A DNA stretch of 64,000 nucleotides from Octopus vulgaris (Eukaryota). The position numbers were made by a program, and so were the translations under genes. The stretch lies in assembly GCA_951406725.2 (NCBI GenBank), contig OX597825.1:22754001-22818000 (forward strand). The letters are read 5' to 3'. This document shows positions 14,155-28,033 of the stretch, piece by piece. Position 1 is the first letter of the stretch; every line of letters starts with the position of its first letter. The notes below the pieces were generated by a model that made no database searches, was not told the origin of the DNA, and saw only the letters and a list, made by a program, of their open reading frames with translations.

Positions 14155-14387
14155 AAGGCTGCGAGCTGGCAGAAACGTTAGCACGCTGGGCGAAAATGCT
14201 TAGCGGTATTTCGTCCGACTTGACATTCTCAGTTCAAATTCCGCCGAATCGACTTTGCGCTTCATCCTTTCGGGGTCGATAGATTAAGTACCACTTACGC
14301 ACTGGGGTCGATGTAATCGACTTAAACCCTTTGTCTGTCCTTGTTTGTCCCTTCTAAGTTTAGCCCCCTGTGGGCAATAAAGAAATA
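14155..14387 (+). mobile_element. SINE family B (Nin-domain-like core) inserted into an older related SINE, with 18-bp TSD
   Basis: AGAATCGTTTACACGTCT at 14137-14154 and 14388-14405. Core TCGACTTTGCGCTTCATCCTTTCGGGGTCGAT. Confidence 0.85.
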
Positions 14388-15621
14388 AGAATCGTTTACA
14401 CGTCTGACAAAATGCTTGGCAGAATGTCTTACAGCTCTCTACATTTTGAGTTCAAATACAACCTTGAATTTCATATCTTCCGGTTGGTTAAAATATAGTA
14501 TCAGTCAAGTATTACTCAATATTACTGCTTTTGAACTCTGCAACGTACATGGTTCTTGTCCAAGGAGATTGTTGTGATTTATGTTAATTATTCGATATGA
14601 AAACCGTGTGACCGGCTTATCAGTCCCAAGGATCGAGAAACAATTTTGAAAATGTACAAAGGAGAGCAGCCAGTCTTTAACGCCAGTTTCCATTTCGTAA
14701 TGGGAAATTGATTAGTGATAAATTTCTTACTTAAAGATGCTGATCAGTCGATGGTAGAATTTCCAGCAGGTACACACCTAAGTAATGAGTCTCTAGTTGC
14801 ATACTTTTTACGCAAACTTGTAATATCTAATAATTTTAGGGAGGCGAGCTGCGAGAATCATTAGTGAGTCTGGAAAAAAATAACATTGTGGCATATGTTC
14901 TGGTTCTTTAAGTTCTGAGTTCAAGTACCGTCGAGATCAATCTCGCCATTTAATCACCTGAGGTCGATAAAAATTATATATCCATTAAGTACTGGTAATG
15001 CTAGTATCAACAGCCAAAATTGTTGATCTTATCCCTAAATTAGACACGATTATGTCTATTAATTTAGTTCATATTTACAATTAAGTATTTAATAATCCTC
15101 ACACACAAAAAAAAACACATGCTATATCTTAGGAAAGCTATTAAAATTGATACAAAGGTAATTCTCTCTTATTCACATTTGAAGAACGGACAAATAAAAT
15201 GCACATTTATACATATATACAAGTGAGTCACTGACTCAAAGACCTCCGATTTCTGTTAATTTTCGTGACACAAGTTATAGCTGTAATTGAAGAGTAATTC
15301 ATACACCTCGAGCGAGGATGTTTACCTATATGTTGGTTTCCACTCGTTGATCGTGATAATGTAAGGTTTGCTTCAAGGAAAGTAGGGCTAATAAACATCA
15401 TATCAGATACATATTATTAGGTAGACTTGACTTGGCCATATAGGGGTAAATGCTTTTGCCCTTGTAACAGAATGATGCAAGAAGCGAAACTCTGATACGA
15501 CACTTGATTATAAGTTTCCACACCAAGCGTGCATATGTGTGTGCGTGTATGTGTGCGTGCGCGCGTGTGTGTATGTATAGAGTGTTTGAAGTGGTGTACA
15601 GATGTTGTAGATTAAGAAGAA

Positions 15622-15718
15622 GGAGGCAGTCAGAATTTTGGATAATTCTTTATTAGTGCTTTCGTTCGTTTAACTGAACACTTCAAGATAAATTTAAACC
15701 AAGATTTTGACTGCCTCC
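15622..15718. repeat. Small inverted repeat (20-bp arms) around a degenerate hammerhead-like core
   Basis: GGAGGCAGTCAGAATTTTGG / CCAAGATTTTGACTGCCTCC, an 18/20 match. Confidence 0.6.
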
Positions 15719-15759
15719 CATTTCTTTATATATATATATATTTCTTTATATATGTATAA

Positions 15760-15804
<45 letters not shown>

Positions 15805-15863
15805 CACATACACACATACGCGCAGATATGTACAAAGTATATCCGTTATATGCAGTAGAAGCT

Positions 15864-16357
15864 ATGTAATGACATGCATAAGATCTGGTCATCAAATCTA
15901 AGTAGAGACTTCAAACTTGAAATATTCAAAGCCACAGTCGAACCAATTCTACTATATGGCTCAGAAACCTGGACGTTATCAAAGTAGCTTGAGAGGCGGT
16001 TGGATGGAACCTACACTCGCCTCCTTATGAGAGCTCAAAATCTCTCGTGGAAGTGCCATCCAACCAAAATGCAAATATATGGGAAACTACCACCTGTGTC
16101 ATCTCTTGTGAAAGGTAGGAGAGTCCAGTTTGCTGGACATTGTTGTAGAGCTGAAAAAGAAGTAATTTCTCCTCTTCTCCTCTGGAAGCCATCTACTCGC
16201 AATACCAGAGGGCGCACACTCTCCTACCCTGATGTAATCTCCAGGGATACAGGCATCCAGCAACAGGACCTCCGTAATGCCATGATGGACCGTGAAGTCT
16301 GGCGTAGCATGGTAAATTCCATTGTCTCGACCACGGTCGAACAATGATGATGATGAT
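15864..16357 (+). mobile_element. 5'-truncated RTE-clade LINE, copy 2
   Basis: Near-identical to 439-921. In-frame TAG at ~15985, ORF 16000-16347, and an (ATG)n tail. Confidence 0.85.
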
Positions 16358-16588
16358 AGATCAAATAGCTATTTGTATGCCACGCGTAAATTTACTGCTG
16401 GATTCATCCGGCGATAATATGTTTTATGGACGTGCTGTGTTTAAGAGCCATTCTTTTCTGCCTCCGATATGTATTGTCATTTTAAACACAGGACGCTCAT
16501 GTGCGGTATTATTTCCGCGAGAATATCCCAGGAAATTTTCTTTTCCCAAAGTATTTATACATTAAGTATGAAAAAACAGATGAGTCTG

Positions 16589-16753
<165 letters not shown>

Positions 16754-17915
16754 GAAAAGACAAACGAAAGTAAAAAGCGCTCAGCATCTTTAATTGGAGT
16801 TATATATATTATTATTTCAGAGTTTGATTCATAGTCTTCTTACGGAAACTTAGCTATACGGTCTCAGTTAGCCAGCCGATTGACAGTTTAGGTGTATCCA
16901 ATTGCAAAACTGTTCTGCTGCTGGCAATCTGAATTAATTAATAAATTAACCGGATAGTAGTGATAGTAACGGTTGCAAGGTGCGTTTAGGATGATTTTGA
17001 ACGCAAGTTGCTCCTCTCAGTGAAACACGTAACTCAGATCATTGGGAAAATGTACGAAGTCCCTGGAGCAGTAAGAAATGTCCGTCATATCTCCTTGAGT
17101 CTCTATCTAAGGTGTTAAGGAAAAGACGATATCATAAACAATGTTATTTCGGATAAAAACAAAAAAAATACAACAGAGATAAGGTTGGTATATCTTTTGT
17201 CAAACTTATGGCCGATCATATTTTGTCCGTTTCAAAGGAGCAACAATTAATACTCAAGAGTTTAATATAAAATATTATCCAGAACTTGACAACCCGTCAG
17301 CTGTTCGTCCTCTTCGCAAAGAAGAAGACAATCATGTTAATCGAATAACTGTATTCCCGTTCTATAAAAAAACATTTTCATTTCCGATCAGAAAATTAGA
17401 TTATGTGTATATTACAAATTATAGAAAGAAATAAAGACGACTTTTGTATAACGTATTCATTATAGATTCTCATTTAACACAAACAAGATTAGTTAATTAC
17501 GAAAAATGATTTTCTTAATGATCCAACTCTTGTGATTACACAATGTACGTTATCAGAATATTCATTGTTATTGGAAAGAGAAACAATATGTTTTAGATTT
17601 TAAAGTAATATTATCTGTCTCCTCAGATGTTAATTGGAATACAAATTTACAATAGAATCAAAGAAACGGGACTTTGTATGAAGTATATCAAAGAATTTCT
17701 TCTTATTTTTTGTTCTCGTATTATCATCGATCTGACATGAATATTAATTCACAACCTATATTTCTCATTGCTTGATAGCATCAATATTTTCGATCGAAAC
17801 CGAATCTTTGACATACATGGCCTATATTTCCTGTTCCTCTCCTTCAATAAGTTTCAGTTCACTATATATATATGTGTGTTTGTGTGCGCGTGTGCGTTTA
17901 TGTATATAGATGTAT

Positions 17916-17972
<57 letters not shown>

Positions 17973-17973
17973 C

Positions 17974-18025
<52 letters not shown>

Positions 18026-18070
18026 AATATATAGATAGATATAAATAGATATAGATAGATATATATATAT

Positions 18071-18139
<69 letters not shown>

Positions 18140-18570
18140 AATATATCGATTTCTTCCGTTTGTCTTGTAGACAAGAAAACTATCTCAATCATTCAAGCTA
18201 AATTACTTGGAAACAAAGTATATTTCTGGGAGTGGGGGATTCCTGCATAAACAGAAAGAGAGAGAGAGAAAGAGAGAATTGGATGATCGTGTTAAAGTGT
18301 CTATAGTTGTCAATATTCAATATGGCCATTCCTATGAAATGACGAAACTATTATTTCTGCATGATTGATATCTTCACAGTTTATTACTAATGATATCGGA
18401 GTCGACATGATATTTTCTTTGGAAATTTCCGGGCTGCCATAGCTATTTTTTATCAAATGTATTTCACATTTATTTTTAGTAAATACTGTTGATGAAAATC
18501 TATCATCTAATTTCGTGATTTTCTCGCAAGAAACGCACGCACACGCACACACACATACATAATATATATA

Positions 18571-18636
<66 letters not shown>

Positions 18637-18865
18637 TATGTACATATATATATAAGTTGTTATATATATTATATATATATATATAGTTGAATGAATTATC
18701 CTAGTATATAAAGGAATTTTGTTAAATCGTTATATGTAAATACGGTCATATATATATATATATATATATGAGTGTGTGTGTGTGTATGTATGTGTGTATG
18801 TGTATGCATGTGTGTGTATATGTATATATACATATATATATATATGTGTATGTATTTGTGTATAT

Positions 18866-18919
<54 letters not shown>

Positions 18920-20619
18920 GCATTTTTGTGTATTCATGTTAGGGTGTCTGTGAAGACATATGTATCCATCTTCACGAAACCATTTTAGATAATTCTGTAG
19001 ATTCTATGATTGATGGTTCGTCTTTCATATCAAAATAAAGAATAAAGTCTTCACATGGCTGAACAATAACAGCTTCGATGATCAATCTTGTGTCTTTTAT
19101 TTTTGTATTCATTTTCGCTTGAATTTTCTCCGAATTACGGAAGAAGTAGCAAAAAATAAAATTGATACTAACTTGAAACATAGTAGACAGTCTTTATATC
19201 AGCCACATTCACAAGTTAACCAATGTAGCCAAACGATTTCGATTATTTTTTCGAATCCAATTGATTTCAATTTCATACCTGATAGTTAAAAAATAATGGT
19301 TATTGTCGACATCTCAGTAACAAGGGACCTATATGTATTTGTATTGATTTTACTCGCATGGGTTTCAGCTACGCTTTTAGGAGAATCAGAGGAGAATCTG
19401 AACGTAATATTGTTAGAAACAATTTCATATCTATTTGTGATACACACTTTTTATGAATACAGAATGGAATTTTTCTTGGTTACATGTTATGTCTTATAGA
19501 TGTGTGTACTGATATACGTACTTGTCATACTGGTGGAGTAGCTCCGAAAAGATACTATACATATGCTTGAGATTTCACTTGGTTGAACTTATTAAACTGA
19601 TAATGTCCATCACTGCTTTCATTATATTAACAGTTTATAACTGTCTCCATCTGTGGTATAGATGATCAAGTTCCATTTATGATAGAAAATGTAAGAGACA
19701 GAGATAGAATCATAAACACTGATGCTGAGTTTGTTCTAGAGAAGTATTCACATCGAACTAAACGGCAAGTTTATTATATAACAAAACGAACGGCCGTTGA
19801 ACGTCGTTAATTCATATTAATTCATACCATATAAATATATTATGTAAACAGCATCTTATAAGGAGTCAAATAATAAAACTTTCTATGGTCATGTGACTTG
19901 ATGTAAATACTGACCAAATGACCTTTTTATCAAAGAATGATGTTTTCAAATGAACAAAAAAGCATCTCATACAAAATAGAAATGTTGAATACCCTCTGAA
20001 AAGAAAGGAAAGAACTTATGGAAAGCGATGAAAAAGACTTATTAGTAAAATATGTTTCAATATATTTGATGACGTACTTAACAATTATATCATTATAGAA
20101 AATATAAAGTAAAGAACTTCTGAAGTGATTAAGGCAATATAATTCTAAACGAAATGCAATCTATAATTTACTTATATTCTGAGGATTCGCAACATTGCTG
20201 CGAGTAATATACACTTGTGGGTTGTCATCATTCTATCAACTCGAAAATTGAAGAATTCATATATGAAATAATTATTAAGTATTCTTTTCTTCATCCTTTC
20301 ACTCTTTCGCTTTATTTACTATTTTCTGTTTTATTTTTTCTCTTTTCATTTCTCTATTTGAAAATTGTATTAGCTGTTTTTTCGTAATATCATTATATCA
20401 TTATGGCAAAACGCGGAGACACTGCGCAAGTTACACACACACGCACCCGCATATGTGTTTATATTTATACATATATTCTTATGTGTATGTATGTATGTTT
20501 GTGAGTGTGGTGTGGTGTAGTATGGTATGTGTGTGTGTATGTGCCTGTGTCTGTGCATGTGTGTGATGTATGCTTGTGTATTTGCATGAGTGGATGTGTT
20601 TGGGGTATTTCTGTACACA

Positions 20620-20656
<37 letters not shown>

Positions 20657-20683
20657 CCCTCTCTCTCTCTCTACACACACACA

Positions 20684-20753
<70 letters not shown>

Positions 20754-20760
20754 GATTGAT

Positions 20761-20791
<31 letters not shown>

Positions 20792-20876
20792 TAGATAGAT
20801 GGATTGATAAATAGATGGATATATAGATAGATACATGTATATATAGATAGATAGATGGATATATAGATAGATGGAT

Positions 20877-21016
<140 letters not shown>

Positions 21017-21599
21017 CATTTGAAATGAATTTGACGCTCGGTAATTATTTGTTCTTAACAAGTCTATATGAAATGGTTTTAGGGTGTTTGAGAAATCTAT
21101 TAATATCGAGTGATGATTCGTTAGTTTACATAAGCTACAAAATCAGTGAGCTTTTTTTACGTTGATTACAACGTAAACCTAGTTAACTATCTGAAATCTA
21201 GTTAGCTATCTTAAAGTTAAAGTAAATTGTTCTGTGCAATTTAAATTGCTTGATAAAAAGTTATGAGTTCTTTTACTGCTCATTATGTTGTGATTTCAGA
21301 ATTGTCGAGCTCAAGTTTATTTTTTTTATTATTAATATTTTGATACCTTGCATGCTTAAATAAAATAACATTACTTGTAAACGGGTTGGCGGTTTTGTTG
21401 GACTTTTAAACTAAATGTTGCAGTTGTTTGCTTCGGATCTTTTCGTTCTTCCGATCTCTGAAAGAAATTAAGCGTTGAAAGAAAACGTAGAATGAAGGAT
21501 ATTTGATAAAAACTATTTTAATATATTTCTCAAAATTACTGGATAATGTCAGAGAAGAATATTATGCATAATTGTTTCAAGACTGGAGACTGGAGTCGC

Positions 21600-22222
21600 T
21601 CTTACACCCACTCCTACATACCCCACCTCTACCCTTCCCCGCCTACCCACAACCCCACCTCTCCCTTCCCCACCTACCCACACCCCACCTCTACCCTTCC
21701 CCGCCTACCCCAACACCCCCACCACTTCCCCCACCCTCAGTCTAACCCACAAACCACCCTTGATTTCCCCACTCTCGCATCTCCCACTTCCCAACACCAT
21801 CACGCCACACACCACTATACCATACACTGCCATACCACACAACACATCACATCACGGCACACCACCACGCACACACCAGCACTGACAACTTTCAAGACCT
21901 ACATTTTCACACCTACACATACACACATGCACACGTTAAGATCACCAGCCATCACCCACACGCACATACAAATTCTCTTATACATACGCACGCGCACCTT
22001 CGTTTTGGAATCACCACTAATTTTTTATCTCCCCTTCTCTGTAGCCCTTCGCTAGCCACTACACATTCTTTATTTTCTCTCCTTGTTTTTTTCTGTCGAA
22101 GAGCGCAGCCTCGAAACGTTAAAGACTTATTCACTTCCCGAGCGTTATATTAATACATCTGTTTGTTGTATACAGCACCTGTCTTCGTGTTTCGTTTTTT
22201 TTTTTGTGGATTCTCCCCCCCC
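21600..22222 (+). mobile_element. Non-coding Penelope-like 3' region: C-rich tract plus pseudo-LTR with a mutated minimal hammerhead (22088-22126)
   Basis: TTT-CTGTCGA-AGAG-CGCAGC-CTC-GAAACGTTA-AAG. The downstream CACTTCCCGAGCGTTA...CACCTGTCTT is homologous to the minus strand of 27500-27615. Confidence 0.55.
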
Positions 22223-22439
22223 CATCTATGTATGTATGTACGTATATATGAATGTATGTAGAATCATATCGTTGTTTGGCGTGATAAAATAACTCAGTGA
22301 CAAATAGAAAGACATCAGTGAACAATAATTAACATTTTGCCCCTAAATTATCTAAATTATCACTGAATTACTCACTAACCGTTTTCTTTCGTCAAACCCC
22401 AGCTAGTGTACACGCGCACACACATACACACTCACACAC

Positions 22440-22487
<48 letters not shown>

Positions 22488-22490
<3 letters not shown>

Positions 22491-22601
22491 TGGATCACGT
22501 GACCGACCAGACCATCAGATGTTGTTACACATCGCTGGTCACAATGCGTTCGCATTGTTTTAGCCTTCGAATGACGCCAACCCGCTGGCTAAGCGAGCAG
22601 G

Positions 22602-22605
<4 letters not shown>
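22488..22605 (-). mobile_element. SINE family C tail type 1 fragment within (TA)n
   Basis: GATCACGTGACCGACCAGACCATCAGATGTTG...GCGAGCAGGCCAA, as at 53843 and the reverse complement of 32190-32310. Confidence 0.8.
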
Positions 22606-22638
<33 letters not shown>

Positions 22639-22650
22639 TAGCAATAAAGG

Positions 22651-22906
22651 GTTTGGCAACGAATTGCTTACCACATACCGAATTTAGAAATAGCAGTCAA
22701 AGAGTTATAGCTATTTCTTCTACTAAAATTGCTGTTTTTACTGATCTCCTTTTAGTAGAAGAAATAGCTATAACTCTTTGACTGCTATTTCTAAATTCGG
22801 TATGTGGTAAGGCAATTCGTTGCCAAAAACCGAAGACTACTTGGTGTTATTGATAATTATTCCAAATTAATTAATTTCACCCTTCATTATTACGGATAAC
22901 CATAAA
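22651..22906. mobile_element. Fold-back element (arms 22652-22728 / 22750-22827) plus unique tail, flanked by (TA)n
   Basis: Near-perfect ~77-bp inverted arms; related in sequence to 47019-47312. Confidence 0.8.
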
Positions 22907-22939
22907 TATATATATATATATATATATATATTCTCAACC

Positions 22940-22985
22940 AAAACTGTCCGACGAATGGGAACGTGAAACTCTGAGTAACAGTTTT
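22940..22985 (+). ncRNA. Minimal type I hammerhead ribozyme with a single core change (CCGACGA)
   Basis: Stem I AAAACTGT/ACAGTTTT (8/8); CCGACGA; stem II ATG-GGAA-CGT; GAAA; CTCTGAG-TA. It sits in a ~125-bp island between TA tracts. Confidence 0.65.
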
Positions 22986-23053
22986 TGTATATTAATCTAC
23001 ATCCGGTAGCACTATTTTCTTCTACCTTGTTTCAAATTTATGTGGTTACTGTG

Positions 23054-23084
<31 letters not shown>

Positions 23085-23260
23085 CATTTATATAAAACCG
23101 AAAAAAAAATTCATCATCACCTATTTCTTGCAATACCGGATGTTCTGTACCCTCAGTTACAGTTGGTGTTGATTAAAGTTTTCCATTTGATTTTATATTC
23201 TGTCTTGCTGTTTGAATTGATTTTTATGTGTGCGTGTGTATGTCTGTGTGTTTAGGGAAC

Positions 23261-23318
<58 letters not shown>

Positions 23319-23320
23319 CA

Positions 23321-23383
<63 letters not shown>

Positions 23384-23550
23384 ATGTGTATATGCATGGG
23401 TGTGTGAGTGTGCGTACATACATGCATATGTAAGTATATATGAAATACACATACAGAGTATCAGACATACATACATACATACATACATACATGCATACAT
23501 ATATATGTATATGTGTATATCCATCTAGCTTTCTCTCTCCTTCTCTGTCT

Positions 23551-23588
<38 letters not shown>

Positions 23589-23656
23589 TTATGTGTGTGT
23601 GTGTAAGTATATATATATATAAATATATATATATACATTTATGTGTGTGTGTGTAA

Positions 23657-23688
<32 letters not shown>

Positions 23689-23875
23689 TTACAGACACAC
23701 TCACATATATATGTGTGTGGTTTACCTTATATATATAATATATATATGTATGTATGCATGCATATATATACAACATACAGATATATATACATACATACAT
23801 ACATACATACAGACATACATACCTACATACCTACCTACCTACCTACATACATACATACATACATTCAGGCATACA

Positions 23876-23907
<32 letters not shown>

Positions 23908-24614
23908 CGCTCAACTCTTTGCTTCAACTTGGGTAGAAGTGTATTTTTTATCTTTTTTCCTTAGCACTACGTCCATAGTAAAGCTATATTGATTTTTAGA
24001 AATTTTATAATTTCGAAACAAGACACGAAATTAACAAAGAAGCAAAGGATTAGAACAAAGAGAAACTATAGCTTTTTTTTATTTAGTTTTTTTTCTTCTC
24101 ATTTCTATTTCATTGAAAGTTCAAAAGATGGCTGTTTCGTGTCTGGCCAACATTTCCTAGTATAACGCACATCATTAGCTGACACAATTCAATTTTTGGT
24201 GAAGGAGGGGAAATGAGGTGAGCAAGACCTTTAAATCCCTCTAAGTAATCTCAAATCAATAATGGTTCTATTATTCATTGAACAAAGATGATCGGAGATG
24301 CCGTCGGAAGAAAGATGGACGCTTAATGTATAGCAGTTTGTAATGGGAAAAGGATTGAGGGGGGGTGACCCGTTACATGCACTTCTCTATGAATAGCATG
24401 TACAGCATTGATATTTAGTTTAAAATGACCAATATATATCTGGAATGAAACGTCCCAGGTTTGGTAGGTTATAAGTACTAATTTCTGTGTGTGTATGCGT
24501 GTGTGTATGTGTGTGTATGTATGTGTGTCTCTAGCGCCATCTTTTGTAGATTATCTATGGACAAGTTATATACATATATAAAACATATACAGATATTATG
24601 TATACGCACACACA

Positions 24615-24674
<60 letters not shown>

Positions 24675-24675
<1 letters not shown>

Positions 24676-24855
24676 TGGTTCTCCACCGGTTAAGACGATG
24701 AGGGTTCCAGCTGCTCCGATCAACGGAACAGCCTGCTCATGTACCATTAACGTAGTTCTCGGGGGAGATTCAGCGTGACACAGAGTGTCACAAAGCTGTC
24801 CCTTCGAAATAGAGGTACAACAGATTAAGGAAGAAAGAGTGAGAGAAAGTTATGG
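24675..24855 (-). mobile_element. SINE family C tail type 2 fragment
   Basis: GATCAACGGAACAGCCTGCTC...GATTCAGCGTGACACAGAG is shared with 58593-58977. Confidence 0.75.
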
Positions 24856-25635
24856 TCCAGGGTTAGACACCCTGTAGCATTCGTTCATTGTATGTAGGTA
24901 TGCTTCTGAATTATTCTGATCTGCGTTATATAAATGTTAGTATTATAAGCGCATGCTCTGTTATATAACTTGAAGAGAACAGTTTAGTGGGTATTGTTTT
25001 TATATAAACTCTAAATAGCTATGCGCTATTAATTCCCCAATAACAACAAGCTCTAAGCTGATCATATATATATATATATTCATTCCTTTAATGTTACTAC
25101 CATATTTACTTTCAAGAAGAGACTAATGCATGTTATTTCAAATATCTACCTCAAATGTCAAATTATCAAACAAATCTATGTAATGCACTAAAACCTATTA
25201 TATTATTACATTAATCCATTATGACTACCGCCTATCCATTTCGAACGACAACGTTCCTGTTAGAGACCTTTGCTTGTAACTAGTTTGGTAACTTTCTCCT
25301 ATGGACTTATAACAACAAACTCCTTGTGTTTACTTTTAAATTTTGTGACAAATGAGGGATGTAATTTGGCCAAGAGCATTGTAATTTGGTCAAGAGCATT
25401 GCTCCGGTCTTATAAATTTGTCCAAATTAGATTTTCAATATGGCAGTAAATAACAAGTCTCTGAGTGTAAAGGGCAGTAGCCCTTTGCTGGTGTCGTTCG
25501 AATGGTATGCATAAAATATCCTCTGACTATTTTTAGATCAACGATCATTTGAAAATATTATGCAACGACAAACGGTAAAATAACCCATCCAATGATTAGG
25601 GCTTCAGTAACCTTCATAATATATCTTACTCCATC

Positions 25636-26728
25636 TACATAGAAAACAACTGGAAGAGATATCTAGATGACTGTTTCATCCTTTGGCATAAAAATATAGA
25701 AAAACTCATAGAATTCCAGGAAATTTTAAACGGACTGGACGTAAACATCCAATTCACGATGGAATATATCCAGCAACAACTCCCCTTCCTCGATATCCTC
25801 ATTAAGAAAGCTAATAATATAATAGAAACAGACATATACTATAAGCCTACAGACTCTAAGCAATATCTTCCATTCAATTCATGCCACCCCAGACACACCA
25901 GGATGAATATCCCCTTCAATCTAGCAAAAAGGATATGCACTATAGTCTCTAACGCAAACACCAGAGACACACGACTACAAGAACTAAAAGACACCCTTAT
26001 CACCAGGAACTATCCACCTTCACATATTGACAAGTGCATTCAACGTGCCCTTCAACTTAACATCAAGGAACTGAGACATCCCAAATCAAAGAAAACTTAC
26101 AACCAAAAGCCTTACCATACATCTCCACACACAACCCTCTCAATAACGAAGCCTTCGGCACCATCCTCCACAACATACCCCTCCTAAAAAAGACCACAGA
26201 ATGAACACAATCCTCCAAACACACACGATCATAAAAAGCAAAAGACAGCCTAGATCCATGAAAAGTCTCCTAACACAAGCCCGAATTCACTCTTCAACAC
26301 AGAAGCCGACAGTAAAAAAATGTGGAAGACCCAATTGCGGGATATGCGACTATCTAATTGAGGGATCAGAGTTCTCCTTCAAACAGGGACAACGGTTTAC
26401 AGTGAAAAGCAACTTCACATGTGCTTCGGAGAACCTAATATACTCACTAACCTGCTCCGGGTGTCAAGAGCAGTACATAGGCCAAACAAAAAATGGTTTG
26501 CGTAAACGAATGGCCCTGCACAGATCCCAGATAAAAATTCCCCAAAACAGAAAAATAGCTTTTAGCCAACACATAGATACTTGCGCCAACAAAAACACAC
26601 CAAACTTCAGGATTTTCCCCCTCTACCAATTTAGGGACGATACAACCTCGAGACAACGAATAAGTAAAGAAAATCTCTTTATTACAAAATACAAGCCACT
26701 TCTTAACGGGTCTACGACAAACAATTAA
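25636..26728 (+). pseudogene. Penelope-like element (Neptune/Nematis-type) RT + GIY-YIG endonuclease, 5'-truncated and frameshifted
   Basis: In frame upstream of ORF 25759 is WKRYLDDCFILW (YLDD at 25660-25671). Also present: LPFLDI, DIYYKPTDSKQYL, SCHPRH, a Cys motif KCGRPNCGIC and the GIY-YIG motif NLIYSLTCSGCQEQYIGQT. There is a frameshift near 26100. Confidence 0.9.
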
Positions 26729-27448
26729 TATACCTCAACTTTAGAATAAAAGAAATATATACACACACAAATATTACACTCCATAGAATCCATTACTAAT
26801 CAGCCCCATCACAGCTATACTTTCACCCATTCATATTCTCCCTTCTCTGTTTTTTTCTTCTTCTTCTTCCTCTTCTTCTTCATCATCATCATTATCATCA
26901 TCATCGTCGTCATCATCATCACCACCATCATCACCATCATCGTCTCCTTCTCCTTCTTCTTCTTCTTCTTCTTCTTCATCATCATCATCATCAACATCGT
27001 CATCTTCTTCTTCTTCTACTTCTCCACCTTCCACCCCTTAACCTTGTCACTAATGTCTTTCAGTATAACGCCTACGCAAATTCCACAAACAATTCCTGAA
27101 TTGAACTGCGACTGCTGTCAGCCACTGACCATTCAAAATACGACCATCAAGGCATTCCCAGATTTCCCCACCCCCTCTCCACATCAGCCTCCTTATTCTT
27201 CACCTACCCTACCAAGAACTCACAACGACCTCGAACACACAAGTGCAAACAAGGGAGTCAGAGAAAGGCAGAATGCTACTTATATCTGAACACTACTATA
27301 GAAATATTCTTTTAAAAAAACTTTTCTTCTAATTTTTCTAAATTTAATTATTTAATCGTTACAGTTGAAAAGGTCTCAAAATGACCGAAACCGGTACTGA
27401 AAGATTCACTATAAAATTATCTTAGCATTTTCTATTTTTGACTTGTTT

Positions 27449-27453
<5 letters not shown>
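26729..27453 (+). mobile_element. 3' non-coding region and pseudo-LTR of the Penelope-like element, ending in (TA)n; degenerate hammerhead at 27362-27399
   Basis: (TTC/ATC)n tract, then CAG-TTGAAAA-GGTC-TCAAAAT-GACC-GAAA-CCGG-TA-CTG, then a T-rich end and TA tract. Confidence 0.6.
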
Positions 27454-27499
<46 letters not shown>

Positions 27500-27502
<3 letters not shown>

Positions 27503-27745
27503 GGAATTTACAGAAAAACAAGACGCAAAGACAAAAAGACAGGTGTATCGGTTTAACGGTCGGGAAGGTGAGAAAGTATTTTACGCTTCGAGCGTACGCT
27601 CTTCATCAGAAAGGAACACGATGAAATAAATAGAGAGAGAATAAAAAAAAGCTTTAGGAGCAAGCGGTCAATCATCGCGGCCAACAGGACAGAGGTAGTT
27701 AGACAGGAGAGCTAGGAAGATGGGGAGATTATAAAGTATTGGTGA
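27500..27745 (-). mobile_element. Penelope-like pseudo-LTR remnant with minimal hammerhead (27578-27613), between TA tracts
   Basis: Minus strand TTT-CTGATGA-A-GAGC-GTAC-GCTC-GAAG-CG-TA-AAA (GAAA changed to GAAG). Homologous to 22085-22200. Confidence 0.6.
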
Positions 27746-27774
27746 TCTATATATATATATACACACACACACAC

Positions 27775-27823
<49 letters not shown>

Positions 27824-27970
27824 AATACATACATGCATTTACATGTACATTGATAAATACATATATATATATATATGTATATATATGTATATATGTATGT
27901 ACATATGTGAGTGTATGCTTTTATAAATATATACATACATACGATACGTATATATATATATGTGTGTGTC

Positions 27971-28033
<63 letters not shown>

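Noticed and set aside
18972-19181. Minus-strand 69-aa ORF as a host exon or GIY-YIG remnant
   Set aside because: No convincing motif or splice-site pair.
21546-22055. Pro/His/Thr-rich 169-aa ORF
   Set aside because: Low-complexity C/A-rich tract within a non-coding repeat.
26815-27034. Acidic and poly-M/K ORFs
   Set aside because: Trinucleotide microsatellite in the PLE 3' region.
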